In this document: piece by piece, positions 10,189 to 20,718 of the stretch
How the letters are laid out: each line of letters starts with the position of its first letter
Numbering within the stretch: position 1 is the stretch's first letter
Assembly: GCA_963701965.1 (NCBI GenBank)
Contig: OY969695.1
Coordinates: 4,288,001-4,352,000, forward strand
Length of the DNA stretch: 64,000 nucleotides
Origin: an uncultured Gemmatimonadales bacterium
Lineage (GTDB): Bacteria > Gemmatimonadota > Gemmatimonadetes > Gemmatimonadales > Gemmatimonadaceae
Direction: 5' to 3'
Position numbers and translations under genes: made by a program
The notes under the pieces: generated by a model
What the model was told of the DNA's origin: nothing
Databases searched by the model: none
Seen by the model: the letters and a program-made list of their open reading frames with translations, nothing else

Positions 10189-10827
10189 GCGGCGCTTGTC
10201 GAGGACTCCCTTCAGACCGACGGCTGGGCCCATCGGCGCTAACGGTAAGCTGCCGAACGGCAAGCACCATCGCAATACCGCGCCCGTCGCCGAACTAACG
10301 TCTTACCACAATGTTGGCAGCATCGCGGGGCCGGCACGCCGTATCGGGTAGATGTCGGAAGACAGCGCGTGCCGCGCGCGGATCGTTCGGGAGGGGCACA
10401 AGGGCCCGCCTACGCGCGATCTCCGCCGCCGCGCGGGTGAGCTTGGATTGGGCGACGTTCGTACCCGACCGCTCATTTCTGCCGCTTCAAACGAGCAAGT
10501 ATGGTCCCAGTTCGTTCTGACAATCGCGTTCCCCGAACGTGGAGTCGCCATAGCAAGGCGATCACAGAACAATGATCCGTCTGACGAGGCGGTTGTGCAC
10601 CCTGAAAAAGGGATTCACACTGACCAAAGAGACGCCGGATCTCACGACGGGAAAAGCAGAAGGCATCCGGACTAGCGTTGGGCATGGATCGAACCTCGAC
10701 CTTGAAACTCTCATCTCTGCAGGATGAGAGTTGTGGAGCGGACGGACCTATTGAGGTGCAGAGCCAATGCCGCGGTGCCAGCCCGACCTGTGTACGCGCG
10801 GCGGCTCGGGCGAGCGAGGAGTCAGGT

Positions 10828-11680
10828 ATGAGCCGCATCGGGCGGCCCGTGATCCGCTACTATGGCGGGAAATTTCGCATCGCGGCGTGGGTTGCATCGT
10901 CCTTCCCGCCACATCAGCTGTACGTCGAGATGTTCGGTGGGGCCGCATCGGTTCTGATGCGAAAGGCTCGGGCGCGCGCCGAAGTGTACAACGATCTCGA
11001 TGGGGAACTCGTGAACCTGTTTCGCGTGTTGCGCGATCCCGAAGGTGCCGCACGGCTTCGTGAACCGTTGATGTTCACGCCGTACGCGCGGGCGGAGTTT
11101 GACGGTTCTTTCGAGGCGGTGGCGGATGCGATCGAGAATGGCGCGACGATCGATCATACGGGCGTTCATGGGGTTCGGGGGGTCGAGCTTCCTGTCGCGC
11201 TCGCATGCGTCGGCAGCGACGGGGTTCCGCCATTTCGGCGCCGATCAGCGGGCGATCCCGTCGCGCGACTGGGCGAGCTATCCCGCGCAGGTGGCGTTAC
11301 TGACCGACCGACTGCGCGGCGTGCTGATCGACTCCTGCGACTATGCGCGGTTGCTCGAGGCATACGACGGTCCGGAGACACTGTTCTATGCTGACCCGCC
11401 GTATTTGGCGGAGACGCGGTCCGATTGCAGTCGCCGGTATCGCTTCGATCTCCCTGACGCGACCGATCACGCCGCGCTCGCGGATCGGCTGCATGCGGTT
11501 GTTGGCATGGTCGTTCTCTCGGGCTACCCTCATCCACTGTACGGCGAACTGTATCGTGGTTGGGAACGGCACGAGCGGCGTGCGTACGCCAATGGAACGC
11601 GTGAACGCGTCGAGGCGTTGTGGCTCAGCCCTGGGACGTCCGCGGCGCTGCGGCGGGCCCAACCCGGGCTGTGGGATTGA
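10828..11680 (+). pseudogene. Dam/D12-class DNA adenine methyltransferase, +1 frameshift near 11137
   Basis: RYYGGK, YVEMFGGAASV and EVYNDLD in one frame; FYADPPY in the next. Confidence 0.88.
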
Positions 11681-11715
11681 GGGGCGAATCTCCACCTAGC
11701 CGCGTATGCCGCCCC

Positions 11716-12102
11716 GTGGGTAAGATCCCTGTCCCTCGCCGGAGATCCACAGCGACGGTGCCACTCGAGAGGCCGCCCACGCTATTGTCCGCCGCTCCCG
11801 TGCTAGCGGCGCTCGACGAGATTGACCAACAGCTCCGGAGTCTTCGCGCGCTTGCGCCCTCCAGTGACGCGACCGTGGCGCTCGCGCGATGCCACACGAT
11901 ACTCATCGATGCGATTGGGCGAGCGACTGCGGCGCACCTTGTCCTCAGTGTGCACGAGGCGGCGGGCATCTTGGGGCGTTCCGCCAGTGTGGTTGCGCGG
12001 TGCTGCCGGACCGAAACGATCGCGGCAGCAAAGGTGGGAGGAGTGTGGCAGATCGGGCGTTCGGAACTTGAGCAATGCGTGTCGGCGGGAGCGTGCAAGT
12101 GA
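11716..12102 (+). CDS. Excisionase-like HTH protein (start uncertain)
   Basis: LSVHEAAGILGRS...IAAAKVGGVWQI; directly upstream of an integrase. Confidence 0.7.
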   Translation: MGKIPVPRRRSTATVPLERPPTLLSAAPVLAALDEIDQQLRSLRALAPSSDATVALARCHTILIDAIGRATAAHLVLSVHEAAGILGRSASVVARCCRTETIAAAKVGGVWQIGRSELEQCVSAGACK

Positions 12103-12127
12103 CTATGGATCGTGGCGGCGGTAGGGC

Positions 12128-14002
12128 ATGAAACACGAGGCGAAGCGAGCGACGCGGGCGAAGGTGTGGCAGTATCAGGTCGGCGAGCGCCCTGATACGT
12201 GACCGCTATTGAACGCCTCGACCGCAACCGTGTGATCGAAGTGCGGTGGTGGGTGGGCGGCCCGAAGGGCTACGAGCGACGCTCGCTCCACTTCGCGATC
12301 CGCGACGCTGACGGGGCGATCAATGTCGAACGAGAGCGCGAGGCGGTGAAGTGCACCCAAGCGATCTATCACGAACGGCGCGCCGGCGCTCAACAAGCAA
12401 GCGTTCGTTCTGCAACGTCGCGTCCGCCAGAAGCGTCACCCGCTGTTGATGTCGTCACTGCTCCTGTTCCAACGCCACCAGCTGGCCTCACGCTGCGAGC
12501 CGGATTCGACCTGGCGACTGCAATACCGGACGGGATGTACGTCGTGGATTCCGATACCGTCCGGGATGTGCGTCGGGCGGCGGACACCATTGTCCGCGCG
12601 ATAGCCATTACGAAGGATGGGGTCGTTCGTACGTGGACTAGCCACACCTATGCTGACGGGCGGCAACTATGGATTGCCCTCGCGAGCGAGTACGTCGAGA
12701 AGGAGCGGGGAGGCCCCGTGTGGACGGAACGGTGCGTCGTGGTTCTCCTGCAAGTCGCGCAGTGGCTTCTTGTGCAGCAGGCGGTACAGCAGCGGCTGGC
12801 GGTCAAGCGTCAGTGGCGCGAGCAGAATGCGTCGGGAGTGGGCACAGCTGACGGGCGAGTCCCCAGAACCCAACACGCCGCGCCACTCGGAACACGAGAT
12901 CCGCCTGCTCTTTGCCGCCGTCGACCATCCGGACCTGGATCCACGGATGCGACTCGCATTTATCCTCGGTGCAGAGGCCAGGCTAGGGCAGGTACGCGAG
13001 CGCCTGATGCGAAGCGACGTGGACTTGAGCAACGTCGGCGCGTTCGGATTGGGGCGGATCGTCGTGCGGGGGAAGGGGAAGAAGAAAGGCGTCGTCCGCG
13101 ACCTGACGCCGGAGGAGCGGGCGGCGGTCGATCGTGCGCTCACGGGGTATCTCCGGTTGCTCGAGGACGCGTACCAGAGCGGGGTGCGAGACGACTACCC
13201 TATGCTACCGGCAGGTCGGTTGGTGCTGGATTTCGCGCCGAGTCGCGCGCCACGGCGGTACGCCGGGCCGCCGCCGGTGCGGAGGGCTCGCGCTACGGTT
13301 AGCGATACGCCGATCGGCAAGTCCGCTCTTCACGATCTCTTCCACGCGTTCGAGCGCCTTGCGGGCGTCACGCCGCTGCCCGGCCGGGGATGGTACGGCA
13401 TCCGGCGGAAGGCGGCGGACGTCTACGAGGATCATGAGCGGGACGAGCGCGTGCTCAATGATCAGACGGGGCATAGCAGCTCTGAGACGCGGCGGAGCGT
13501 CTATCAAGAGCGGAAGCGCGAAGATGTACTCGCGAAGTCAGCCGCGACGCGGCGTCGCGTGCGGCAGGCGGCGTTCGGGGTGCCACTCGTGGAGAAGGCG
13601 AGCGCACCTGCGTCGGGTCTCAACCAGGGCGTGGACGACGGAGTATCGGACCTTCCATCGCCATTGGTCGCCCAACATACACCACATCATACCCCACAAG
13701 GCGAAAAATCGGGGTATGTGCGCCGTCGGGTGCAACGACTAACCGCAAGACGGGCAATGCGTTGGAACAAATCGGGACGGCGGGATTTGAACCCGCGACC
13801 CCCTGAACCCCATTCGGTTCTCGGGGACGACATCGACAAGCTAGGTTGGCGCCGTTCAGAAGGAAAACCGGGCGTCGGGTCCGATTCTCAGTGCCGAAGT
13901 GTCGGCGGTTGCCGGCAGAAACGGGCCCCCAAACGGCCCCCAGCGCGACAGCTCGTTGTTTCACTTCGGGAGAGGCCGGTCGTAGAACCAACGGCCCCTT
14001 AG
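12128..14002 (+). pseudogene. Tyrosine recombinase of the left element; frameshifts near 12199 and 12826; frame reads through att
   Basis: EARLGQV, GKGKK, GWYGIRR, TGHSS, SVYQ catalytic pattern; adjacent to a tRNA-Pro 3' copy. Confidence 0.8.
13770..13815 (-). repeat. att site: 46-bp copy of the tRNA-Pro 3' end
   Basis: AATCGGGACGGCGGGATTTGAACCCGCGACCCCCTGAACCCCATTC, identical to 28956-29001. Confidence 0.97.
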
Positions 14003-14606
14003 AGTGATATCGCGCCTCGCGTTTCACATAGCGTCGACCCGCGCATACACGGTGTCAATGCGGATGTGTTTGGCGTCATCGTAAAGAAGCCTGAAAACTA
14101 GATCGCCCTCGAAGGGCCACTGGGTTAGTACGCCCTCTTGCCAGCCCACTATCTCGCGGGACTGTCGGTGACCATATAGTTCACACCTGTGCGCTTCAAG
14201 TACGCGACAGCGCTGTCGACCGAAGTGCCTGGGGGAAGATCACGCAAGCCGGCGTTTGACTCCCGATATGGTTCGGCCGATCGGGGCAGGATTTCGCAAT
14301 GTGCCCGAAGAAAACAAGCAGCATGCCCACAAGATCGCCACGAACAATCGATCGCGCGGACTGCCGGCCAGTGCAGCACGCTCAACCCCGGCACTACGCC
14401 TGCCGCGCTCATTTCGCATCCAGTCCTCCGCCGCAGACCTCACGCTTATCAGGCGCCTCTGGCTTCCCGGGCAACTTCGGCATCGCGCCGCATTTCCCTC
14501 TGACAGCCCGGCAATCCGCCCCAATCCGGGCGCCGCGATGTCGCAGGTTGCCTAACCAATTTGACACCAATTCGACACCAACGACCTCAGCTATATCATT
14601 GAAAGC

Positions 14607-14889
14607 ATGACTCTCAGGCGCGCCGTGGGTAGCAGCAATGGTGGTTGGCTTCGTGCTGCCGCTATTCTGGGTTTTTGCGTCCATCGCGTTGATGGGACCG
14701 AGAGATTGGTGGACAGATGCATATTGGGCGGTCGTCCACATCACGTGTCCATTCGGTCTGACCAATGGCACCGGCTTGGGCAATGCACTAGCGAGGTCCT
14801 CTCTGAATGCACTTTTGTACGGTATGGTTGTCGGCTCTTTTGCTACGTTCTGGAAACAACTCCACGCCGATTCCCAACGAACCGACTGA
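14607..14889 (+). CDS. Small membrane protein (probable 1-nt frameshift near 14628)
   Basis: Hydrophobic VVGFVLPLFWVFASIAL...LNALLYGMVVG; ATG 14607 is one base out of frame. Confidence 0.45.
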
Positions 14890-14969
14890 GGGCAGACGGT
14901 CACAGTTTGAATCCCCGAAGCGAGCCCGGCAGCTTGCATGCTTGAATTCATGTGTGTACCGTGGTCCGT

Positions 14970-15932
14970 GTGCGTAACGTACTTCTCCTGCCGGCGCTCA
15001 CGGTGGCGTTGGCTGCCTGCTCCTCGAGTTCTCGTATCGGCACCACGAATCCGCCGCCGCTCGGCGCCGGCGTCGTCGTCACGATGCGTGTCCCGCAGGA
15101 TACGGTTATCTATGCGAGTGGGCGCCCGATTCCCGTTCGCCTCTTCGTCACTGACGCGATAGACAAGGACGGCAACGCCGTTGCGCACCCAGTCGTTACG
15201 GTTGCCGCGGCCCCTCAAGGCTGGACCGGCGACAATGGCACTGCGAGTCGTGTGGCGCCAATGTTCGCCGCGGCGGCTGCCGCTGACACCACCATTACTC
15301 CCCAAGGAGACCAGGGCGGGACGGTGAAGTTGGTCGCGGGCCTCGACACCGCGTCGATGAACGTGCTTGCACAGATCGATATGAAGCGGTACACCTGGCG
15401 GGCGGTATGGACGTGCGTGTTCGCCTCGCGGTCCGAGACGGACGCAGCGGGTAACCCGCTGGACTCGGCGCACAGCTTCGCTGTCTTCGACACAGCGCTC
15501 GTGCAGGCAGATAGTCTCAGCACCCTCCTTGGGCCCGAGACTCGCACGATCTTGGGCGTTGGCAATGTCGTCTACGGCACCGAAACCGACACGGTGTTCG
15601 GCGGTGGGAAGGTCGACGTCGTGTCGAGCTACCAGATATACCACATCGCCGATGAGCTAGTCGTCATCGATTCCCTGTTCGTTGGCAGTGGTTTGGACTC
15701 GGCGGGCCACCAGGCGCACTTTATCCGCCGTGTGAATGCCAATACGGCCGCGTTCCCGCATCTCGCCGGTAGCACCAGTGCGTACTGCCCCAGCATCAGG
15801 GTCAATCCCTCGACCGGGAAGCCGATCGTCGGCGTCTTGGATTTCGTGGCGATCTACGACAAGACGACGCAGACATCGAACCCAAGCCCATCGCGGGTCG
15901 TCGGCCCGAGGATTCTCGATCGGCGCTCGTGA
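14970..15932 (+). CDS. Hypothetical lipoprotein
   Basis: MRNVLLLPALTVALAAC lipobox, beta-rich body. Confidence 0.7.
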   Translation: MRNVLLLPALTVALAACSSSSRIGTTNPPPLGAGVVVTMRVPQDTVIYASGRPIPVRLFVTDAIDKDGNAVAHPVVTVAAAPQGWTGDNGTASRVAPMFAAAAAADTTITPQGDQGGTVKLVAGLDTASMNVLAQIDMKRYTWRAVWTCVFASRSETDAAGNPLDSAHSFAVFDTALVQADSLSTLLGPETRTILGVGNVVYGTETDTVFGGGKVDVVSSYQIYHIADELVVIDSLFVGSGLDSAGHQAHFIRRVNANTAAFPHLAGSTSAYCPSIRVNPSTGKPIVGVLDFVAIYDKTTQTSNPSPSRVVGPRILDRRS

Positions 15933-16230
15933 GGTCGGTCGCGCGCGCCACCACAACGCTCATGGTTGGGGCTCTCCGACATCGTGACACTGCTCCTGAC
16001 GCTGGAGGCCGATGCTGGAGTGAGTAGGTCGCCTCGCGCTACTTGGGCGCGGGCGCTGGTTCAGTGAGTCTTCTAAATGGTCATCATCGATGATGTTCGA
16101 GGCATCTCGCACGTCAACAGATGGCCCTCCTACCTTCGCAGCGTCCATTCTCGCCATGCTGGAATCCAGCAGCGCGTGATTGGACGCTGATCACAGTCCG
16201 CCACAATTCTGCCCACTTAAGTAGAGTGAG

Positions 16231-18537
16231 ATGACGTCAGTTGCTTTCGATAGTGATGTTGTCGACCGGACGCTTCGAGAATTCGAATCCTATGTCCAGC
16301 AACTTGAGTCCGCGGACTGGCACTCATGGGTCGGTTCACTTGCGATTCTCGTCGCGTTTTGCCGGTCGAACAGCGTTGTGCGTGAGGCCCTAGGGCCCGC
16401 ACCGACGTCGATCGAAGATGCAGCCTCATGGCTGGCCGCCCGGCGAGAAGGATCCGGTGTGCAGCCCGGAAGTGCGCCACTAGCACTCCCGACCGAATCG
16501 ACCGCTCGCCTGCGATTGCTTGAGCAATTGTTCGGAATGGTGGTCGACAATCAGATTTCAGGTTACACGTTCATGATCGAAGTCGTTGGCGTCGAAGGAG
16601 ACTACGATGCGAGGGCACGGCGGCTCGGACAGCGACTGATCACACCATTCGCTCGCGACGTTCGTACACTCATGGAATCGCTGAGAGCCACGGCAGTCGA
16701 GCCCCAATTCCGACGTTGGGGTCGTTGGGTAGCCCTCGATCGGGCTGCCTTCAAGACCACTGGGATGAGTGCGATCTGGAAGGTTGTCGATGGCGACGAT
16801 CCCCAGAGGGCCGTGCGTGTACTCAAGGAACTTCGATACAACAAGGGGCGGGGATCTGCCGCCTACCGCCGATTCGAACGCGAGATAGCTACGCTAACCG
16901 CTCGTCTTAAGGGCGTAACTGGGATTGTCGAAGTAATCGACCATCAAATTCCTCCGGAAGGCACCGACGGCCGTCCCTACTACGTGATGCCGCTAGCGGA
17001 CTCGTCTCTCGAACGGGCTGCGAAGGCATACAAGGGATTGCTCGAAGCAGTGCTTACTCTCTTGCTGCCCGTTACCAATGCACTCGGTCGCGCGCACGCT
17101 GCCGGAGTGTATCATCGCGATCTCAAACCATCAAACATCTTGCTCTTCGGTGAGGCTAATGAACCATGCGTAGCCGATTTTGGCATCGCATACCTCGCAG
17201 ATGAGGAACGTGTCACTCGATTTGAAGGCGACACTGTAGGCACTGAGGACTATGTGGCGCCAGAGTTGAGGGGCGGTGGTATCTCCGGTGCGCTAACACC
17301 TGCCGTGGATGTGTACTCGCTCGGCAAAACACTCTATTCCGTGGTATCGGGATCCGGAGTTCGCACACTACCGCGTGAATGGCTGGATGAAAAGCGCTTC
17401 GACCTGGCTCAGACATTCCTGGACCCGCGTCTCGAACACCTAACCGGACTTTTGCGGCAGATGATTGCTGAGGAGCCGGCGAACCGGTATCAGGATATGG
17501 CTCAATGCCGCGCGCAATTTGAGCGTGCGATCGCCAATTTTCGCGGCGGCGTGCCCTTCGAAGCTGGCATGTACGGCGGCATCGAAACGGCAATCGAACG
17601 GTACACTAGTTTGCTGCGTCGTCTCGACGAACCGGCGAGCGTGATACGATCTGACGCAATACGAACGTCGATTGATGACTGCGTCGCGCGCGCAATCAAG
17701 CGTGCTAATGACTTCGAGTCACAGCATCCGCAGATTCCATTGGCGCACGGGCGGCGTCACGAGGAAGCCGCCGCCGAGGCCGCGAGTTGTGCTGACGAAC
17801 TTCTTAGTGTTGGCCTCCCTCTAGTTCGCGCTGACGCGGTTGAAGGTATTGAGGAATGGTTGGGGATATCGCTCTCGGTATTCGCGAACGACCCGTTGCA
17901 GAATCGTGTCAGTCGCCTGGTTCTCCGCCCAAGTGTGGTGTTGGCAGCTCACGGTGCAGCGGCACTCGCATGGAGGCTCAGACGATTTAAGGTGCTACGC
18001 GTGCTTATCGAGGCATTCGTCGGTGGCGCTAGGTCTTGGAATCAACATGCCGTGATCGGTTACGATCCGATCCAGCTATATACCTGGATTACTGACGAAT
18101 TGCGTCGATCTGAATTGTTCCGACGTGCCGAATCGACATTGGCAGAGAGCTCGGACGACGCTCTAGGGATCTTCTCGGGCTTGGCCATCGTGCGCTTCCT
18201 GACTGATGCGAGCTTTGCCGCCGACGTCGAACGCTTAGCTAAAGATCCTGACGCTAAGTATGGGGGGCCCGCCTTCCTTGGATTCTACTGGCCCGCGGCC
18301 AAGTGGACTCAGACACTTCTCGATGCATGCATTACTCGGCCGCCGTTGGAACGCGAGTTGGCTCAGCACGTTTTCGATACGAGTGTGACCGACCTGCGCC
18401 TGTCCGTTGCGCGGATTACCCCCGCTTTAGGGAGGGCAATTTCACGTCTAAACTGGGAAGTCTCCCGCGACATTGAGTGGCGAATGGTGGTCGATCCGAG
18501 GGCATGGGATGGCTGGTGTGGGCGGTCGACACGCTAG
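16231..18537 (+). CDS. Hanks-type Ser/Thr kinase with extra N- and C-terminal domains
   Basis: VLKEL, RFEREI, YHRDLKPSNILL, VADFGIA, GTEDYVAPE, DVYSLG. Confidence 0.93.
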   Translation: MTSVAFDSDVVDRTLREFESYVQQLESADWHSWVGSLAILVAFCRSNSVVREALGPAPTSIEDAASWLAARREGSGVQPGSAPLALPTESTARLRLLEQLFGMVVDNQISGYTFMIEVVGVEGDYDARARRLGQRLITPFARDVRTLMESLRATAVEPQFRRWGRWVALDRAAFKTTGMSAIWKVVDGDDPQRAVRVLKELRYNKGRGSAAYRRFEREIATLTARLKGVTGIVEVIDHQIPPEGTDGRPYYVMPLADSSLERAAKAYKGLLEAVLTLLLPVTNALGRAHAAGVYHRDLKPSNILLFGEANEPCVADFGIAYLADEERVTRFEGDTVGTEDYVAPELRGGGISGALTPAVDVYSLGKTLYSVVSGSGVRTLPREWLDEKRFDLAQTFLDPRLEHLTGLLRQMIAEEPANRYQDMAQCRAQFERAIANFRGGVPFEAGMYGGIETAIERYTSLLRRLDEPASVIRSDAIRTSIDDCVARAIKRANDFESQHPQIPLAHGRRHEEAAAEAASCADELLSVGLPLVRADAVEGIEEWLGISLSVFANDPLQNRVSRLVLRPSVVLAAHGAAALAWRLRRFKVLRVLIEAFVGGARSWNQHAVIGYDPIQLYTWITDELRRSELFRRAESTLAESSDDALGIFSGLAIVRFLTDASFAADVERLAKDPDAKYGGPAFLGFYWPAAKWTQTLLDACITRPPLERELAQHVFDTSVTDLRLSVARITPALGRAISRLNWEVSRDIEWRMVVDPRAWDGWCGRSTR

Positions 18538-18557
18538 GCGAAGATAGAATTCCCTGG

Positions 18558-19423
18558 GTGTTGATCGCATTTATTGGCGAAGCAGATGCGGCAGTTACTG
18601 GGCATGCTGTTGCCGTAAGCCTTCACTGTCACCACAGCTCACATAGCTTCGGTGCACATGCTAGACGAAATCGAGCTCGTTTACAACCCGTTTTGGCCCT
18701 CCTCGTCGATTCCATAGATCTGGTCAAGCGCTCCTCTGACGAGACGCTGGATTGGCGGAACCGACTTGCCCGCGCCTCAATTCTGTCGACTTGCCTGCTG
18801 GTAGAAGCTGCCGCGAATTGCTGTGTCGATTCCTTGCCACACCACGCCAAGTTCCGAGAATCAATCGACAAGCTACAGCCTCTCGCGAAGCTAGAGACCT
18901 TTCTAGCTTCACCCGCCAGGGATCAACTCTTGATCGCGGCGATCACCGCGTCCAAGAAGTCGATGAGCTACGGAAGCTGCGTGACTCCTTTGTACATCCC
19001 AAGCGGTCGGTCGAAAAAATTGGGCAACTAGAGACTGTCCCTGGAATGGGAAAACGAGTCACCGAGGTCTGGCCAGCGCTACGGATTCCAAAGAATCCGT
19101 CCAACTGGACCTTTAGAGACGGCGTGCGCGCTCTAAGAGCGGCGACTTCGTTCCTATCATTCTTCTTCGTCGACAATTGCGCATTCAATGCGAAGAGAAC
19201 AGCGAGCTTGCTCGTTCACGACCTCCGCATTGGTGGGCAGAGCGCGCCAACCAGTCCCGAAGTGGACCGTCAAGGCGCCATGGAGATGTACAATACGTTC
19301 CGGATTCCGATGAAGGAGTGGCAAGTGAAGTTCGATTTTTTCGGAATCGATCAGAGCGGTCCGCATCCGATCTGGTTCGACAAGCAGCCCAATTCGTCGG
19401 CAAGCGCCGTGGAGCTGCGATAG
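18558..19423 (+). pseudogene. HEPN-like protein split by a frameshift near 18905 (start uncertain)
   Basis: LLVEAAANCC...KLETFL joins LDRGDHRVQEVDELRKLRDSFVHPK (Rx4H). Confidence 0.6.
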
Positions 19424-19740
19424 GGAGTGGGACAAGCCCTGAGGCGGTATAGCCCTCCTTCCCAATGGCTCCCGGCCGACGATTGACGACGGAGGCTAGG
19501 CCGGAACCTTATGCGCTCGAGCGCTTGCATCGAGCCGCGCCTGGCTGCACCTCAATGTCGTGACGGCCCAATAGAGCCAAGAGATCGGTAGTCCAGCTCT
19601 CTGCATGCGCGAAAGAGTATGTCTCGATCATAGCCTGACCTTAGCACATTCAGGCACTCCGTAACCAAGGCATTGAGCCGAATCAGGAGGCGAATTGCGC
19701 CTGCGACTCACAAGCCAAGTCCTTCTTGTAATCCTTGTGT

Positions 19741-20118
19741 TCATCTAGTGGGCCCACGCTTCTTGGGCTGTTCCGCTGTGTCCTTAGCGGTAGAAGCAAT
19801 GGCGGCGGCGAGACGCTGAAGAATTTCCTGCTGGGAATCGCGCCAGATTGTTTTTCGAGGACCGATCATCACCACCAGAACTGATCGATCCCGCTCGCGA
19901 ATCTGGTAGACCACCCTGATTTTGGCGGTCTTAAGCTTAAACAACCCTTGGAGCGGCGAGTGCAGCTGCTCACCATATCCCATCGGATCGGCCCGCAGTT
20001 TCTTCTCAATTGCCTTTCGAGCTTTCTGCAGATCGGCATGGCCGACCTGAGAGACGTCTTCCGTTAGTACGGCCCGTGCGTACTCAATACGCCAGGGGTT
20101 TAGGATTTCGTTTGCCAA
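19741..20118 (-). CDS. RelE/ParE-family toxin
   Basis: YGEQLHSPLQGLFKLKTAKIRVVYQI...VMIGPRK; downstream of antitoxin. Confidence 0.85.
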   Translation of the reverse strand: MANEILNPWRIEYARAVLTEDVSQVGHADLQKARKAIEKKLRADPMGYGEQLHSPLQGLFKLKTAKIRVVYQIRERDRSVLVVMIGPRKTIWRDSQQEILQRLAAAIASTAKDTAEQPKKRGPTR

Positions 20119-20135
20119 CGTGTGATCCCATCAGA

Positions 20136-20447
20136 TCAAGCCCGTGAATGTTTCTTGCCCCCAGTCCTACCCGCTTCGACCGACTTCCAAAAGTCTTCAC
20201 TACTAAGAACCTCTGTCGGATCTTGGTTCGCCTGCTCGATACGCCGTGTAGCAACTTCGATATCTCGCGCATTTTCCAGGAGTTCAAGGATCTTCTCCCA
20301 GAGATTCACTCCCACCAGCATTGCCACCGGCCGTCCGTCGCTCACCAAATAGACCGGCCGCTTTGCGGCCTTCTCAACAGTGGTTTTCACGTTCTTGCGA
20401 AGGTCGGACACAGTCGCGACGACCGCATTCCCGTGCACCTCGAACAT
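20136..20447 (-). CDS. Phd/YefM-family antitoxin
   Basis: ATVSDLRKN...PVYLVSDGRPVAMLV, acidic C-terminus. Confidence 0.85.
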   Translation of the reverse strand: MFEVHGNAVVATVSDLRKNVKTTVEKAAKRPVYLVSDGRPVAMLVGVNLWEKILELLENARDIEVATRRIEQANQDPTEVLSSEDFWKSVEAGRTGGKKHSRA

Positions 20448-20479
20448 CAGTCCCCCAGGATGGTAATTTCACAGAATAG

Positions 20480-20497
20480 CGTACACTTAAACGTACA
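20480..20497. promoter_or_regulatory. Putative YefM-type operator
   Basis: CGTACA at 20480 and 20492 (12-bp period) upstream of the antitoxin. Confidence 0.5.
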
Positions 20498-20718
20498 TTA
20501 TTCGTGACGATAAGCAACCCATGAGAATCGACGAGTCTGGCCTACTGGGCGCACTTCGGCATATATTCGGCTTTCGGCCAGCCGATTGAATAAGAAGACT
20601 TGGCGGCGCGATACCGCTCGACCGAGAGCGCGCCCGCGAACCGCGCTGATGATTCTCGTGGGAAGTTGTCACGTCCGGCGCGCCCCTGGATTCGACCTTG
20701 GAGGCAAGTGTTACACAA

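Noticed and set aside
13770..13815. Second tRNA-Pro gene
   Set aside because: Only the 3' part is present; it is an att duplication
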